DNA from: Camelus dromedarius
Taxonomy: Eukaryota
Assembly (NCBI RefSeq): GCF_036321535.1
Contig: NC_087451.1
Location: 27,838,001-27,902,000 of the forward strand
DNA length: 64,000 nt
Direction: 5' to 3'
Each line of letters begins with the position of its first letter. Within the stretch, counting starts at the first letter, position 1. This document shows positions 62,760-64,000 of this stretch, piece by piece. The notes below the pieces were generated by a model, which saw only the letters and a program-made list of their open reading frames with translations, had not been told where the DNA came from and made no database searches. A program made the position numbers and the translations under genes.

Positions 62760-62765
62760 TTTATT
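62760..62765 (-). terminator. Poly(A) signal AATAAA of TSPAN10
   Basis: tttatt on the + strand, about 500 nt past the stop. Converges on the PDE6G 3' end. Confidence 0.75.
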
Positions 62766-63266
62766 GTATGAGTAACACGTCTCAGTAAACCTCACTCCCC
62801 CCAACACACACACACAAACACTAGAAGGAGAAGCCTGGGCCTCGCCCCGGACCACCACCGTGGACAGGAGAGGGGAGCTGCCCCGGGCGAAGGCAGGTGC
62901 CAGGCTGTGGTGAGGACATGGGGCCTCAGAGGCTGGGCTTGTGAGTGGGACTCCGAGGTGGCTGGAAGTGATCAGGGGTGAGGGTGGGAAGCGAGGATTG
63001 CGGTGGGGGTCAGGTGGCAGCATCTCACCCAGTCCCCCTCGCCCCCAGCTCTCCTTGCTGGCCAGGTGGCTTTGCCGGGCACCCTGTGTGGAAGGCAAAC
63101 ACTGACCAGGAAGTCGTCAGGTGGGGGCTTACACTCGGACAACAGACCCCAGCAGCGCTTGCAAGTGAGCAGGCAGTGCAGGGGAAAGGGGACCCTGGGG
63201 AGCTGGGGCCGGCAGGTGGAGGAGGCCTGGGGGTCCAAGGTGGGCATCCCCAAGTGCCCAGGCAGG

Positions 63267-63729
63267 TTACTCTGACACCTTCCCCGAGAGGGGCAAGGAG
63301 GCCTGCAGCCCCAGACTCCGTTCCAGTGTCCTGGTCTTTCGTCCCATCCACCAGTCAACTGGGGGCCCATTTGGCAGAGGGTGGGGTACCGGGCCTGGGG
63401 GTCTAGAGGGCAGGCCCGCCCTCCCAGCTGCCCCCTTGTGGACAGCCAGGGCCCGCACCAGCTGGATGGCCAGCAGGAGCTCTGCCCCCTGGACCACCAC
63501 GACCACGATGGCATATTTGCCCGCGGTCCAGACGTGGCTGCGCAGCCACTGGCGGAGTGGGGGGCCACAGCCCTGCAGGTGCACCACTCTCTGGGCTGCG
63601 TCCTCGTCCAGGCCCAGCGCCCTGAAGCCACACTGGTCGTTGACAGAGGCTCCATCTTTCCAGGGGTCGATGCAGCAGGAGGCAGGAAGGCTGCAGGCCT
63701 GGACTCCAGGGGAGCTGCAGTTAAAGTGC
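63267..63729 (-). CDS. TSPAN10: Tetraspanin-10 (oculospanin), last coding exon only; the rest lies beyond the window
   Basis: Acceptor tag|G at 63729. HFNCSSPGVQACSLPASCCIDP...NDQCGF...LQGCGPPLRQWL...QGAELLLA covers the LEL cysteines and TM4. Stop TAA at 63267-63269. Confidence 0.92.
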
Positions 63730-63830
63730 CTACCAGGGCCCAGGGGGCGTCAGTCCAGAGGGCAGGGCTGCGGGCCTGGGACCCCAGTGCCGTGCCGAAC
63801 GTCTCCCACCCGCCTTCAGACCTCCCAGGG

Positions 63831-63970
63831 CACACATGCTGTCTGTGCACACGCTCACACGCACGCGTGCACGCACATGTGACGCACACAGCATGACTCC
63901 ACACCGGCACGCAGGCACCCACGCACACGTGCACACACCTGTGCACACACATACACACACATACGCACGC
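63831..63970. repeat. Degenerate (CA/CG)n purine-pyrimidine alternating tract
   Basis: cacacgctcacacgcacgcgtgcacgcacatgtgacgcacac...gcacacacatacacacacatacgcacgc. Confidence 0.8.
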
Positions 63971-64000
63971 CTCTGGGCTAGAAGGGGTGTACTGCGTGGG

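Noticed and set aside
62972-63958. 328-aa minus-strand ORF starting in the CA tract
   Set aside because: An off-frame reading of the TSPAN10 last exon. The start lies in an intronic dinucleotide repeat.

Overview
GC-rich mammalian genomic window, most likely from a camelid: seven tRNA-derived SINE copies match the camelid vic-1 family as I recall it. The gene order is syntenic to human 17q25.3 in reverse orientation. I traced exon by exon: SLC25A10 (-), MRPL12 (-), HGS (-), ARL16 (+), CCDC137 (-), OXLD1 (+), PDE6G (+), and the last coding exon of TSPAN10 (-). All complete CDSs close in frame. HGS/ARL16 and CCDC137/OXLD1 share bidirectional promoters. Bases 1-10 kb and 42-50 kb are mostly old L1, LTR and ERV relics. 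Most notable: (1) ARL16 intron 1 is a minor-spliceosome (U12-type) intron whose first base is C, giving CT-AC termini, and it is 198 nt and stop-free in frame; (2) HGS appears to have lost one intron precisely (21 coding exons versus 22 recalled for human); (3) the TSPAN10 cytoplasmic tail is frameshifted relative to human; (4) MRPL12 has no canonical poly(A) signal and a perfect CTCF motif in its 3'UTR, compatible with read-through into SLC25A10. All comparisons to human, mouse or repeat consensus sequences are from memory and need an alignment to confirm.
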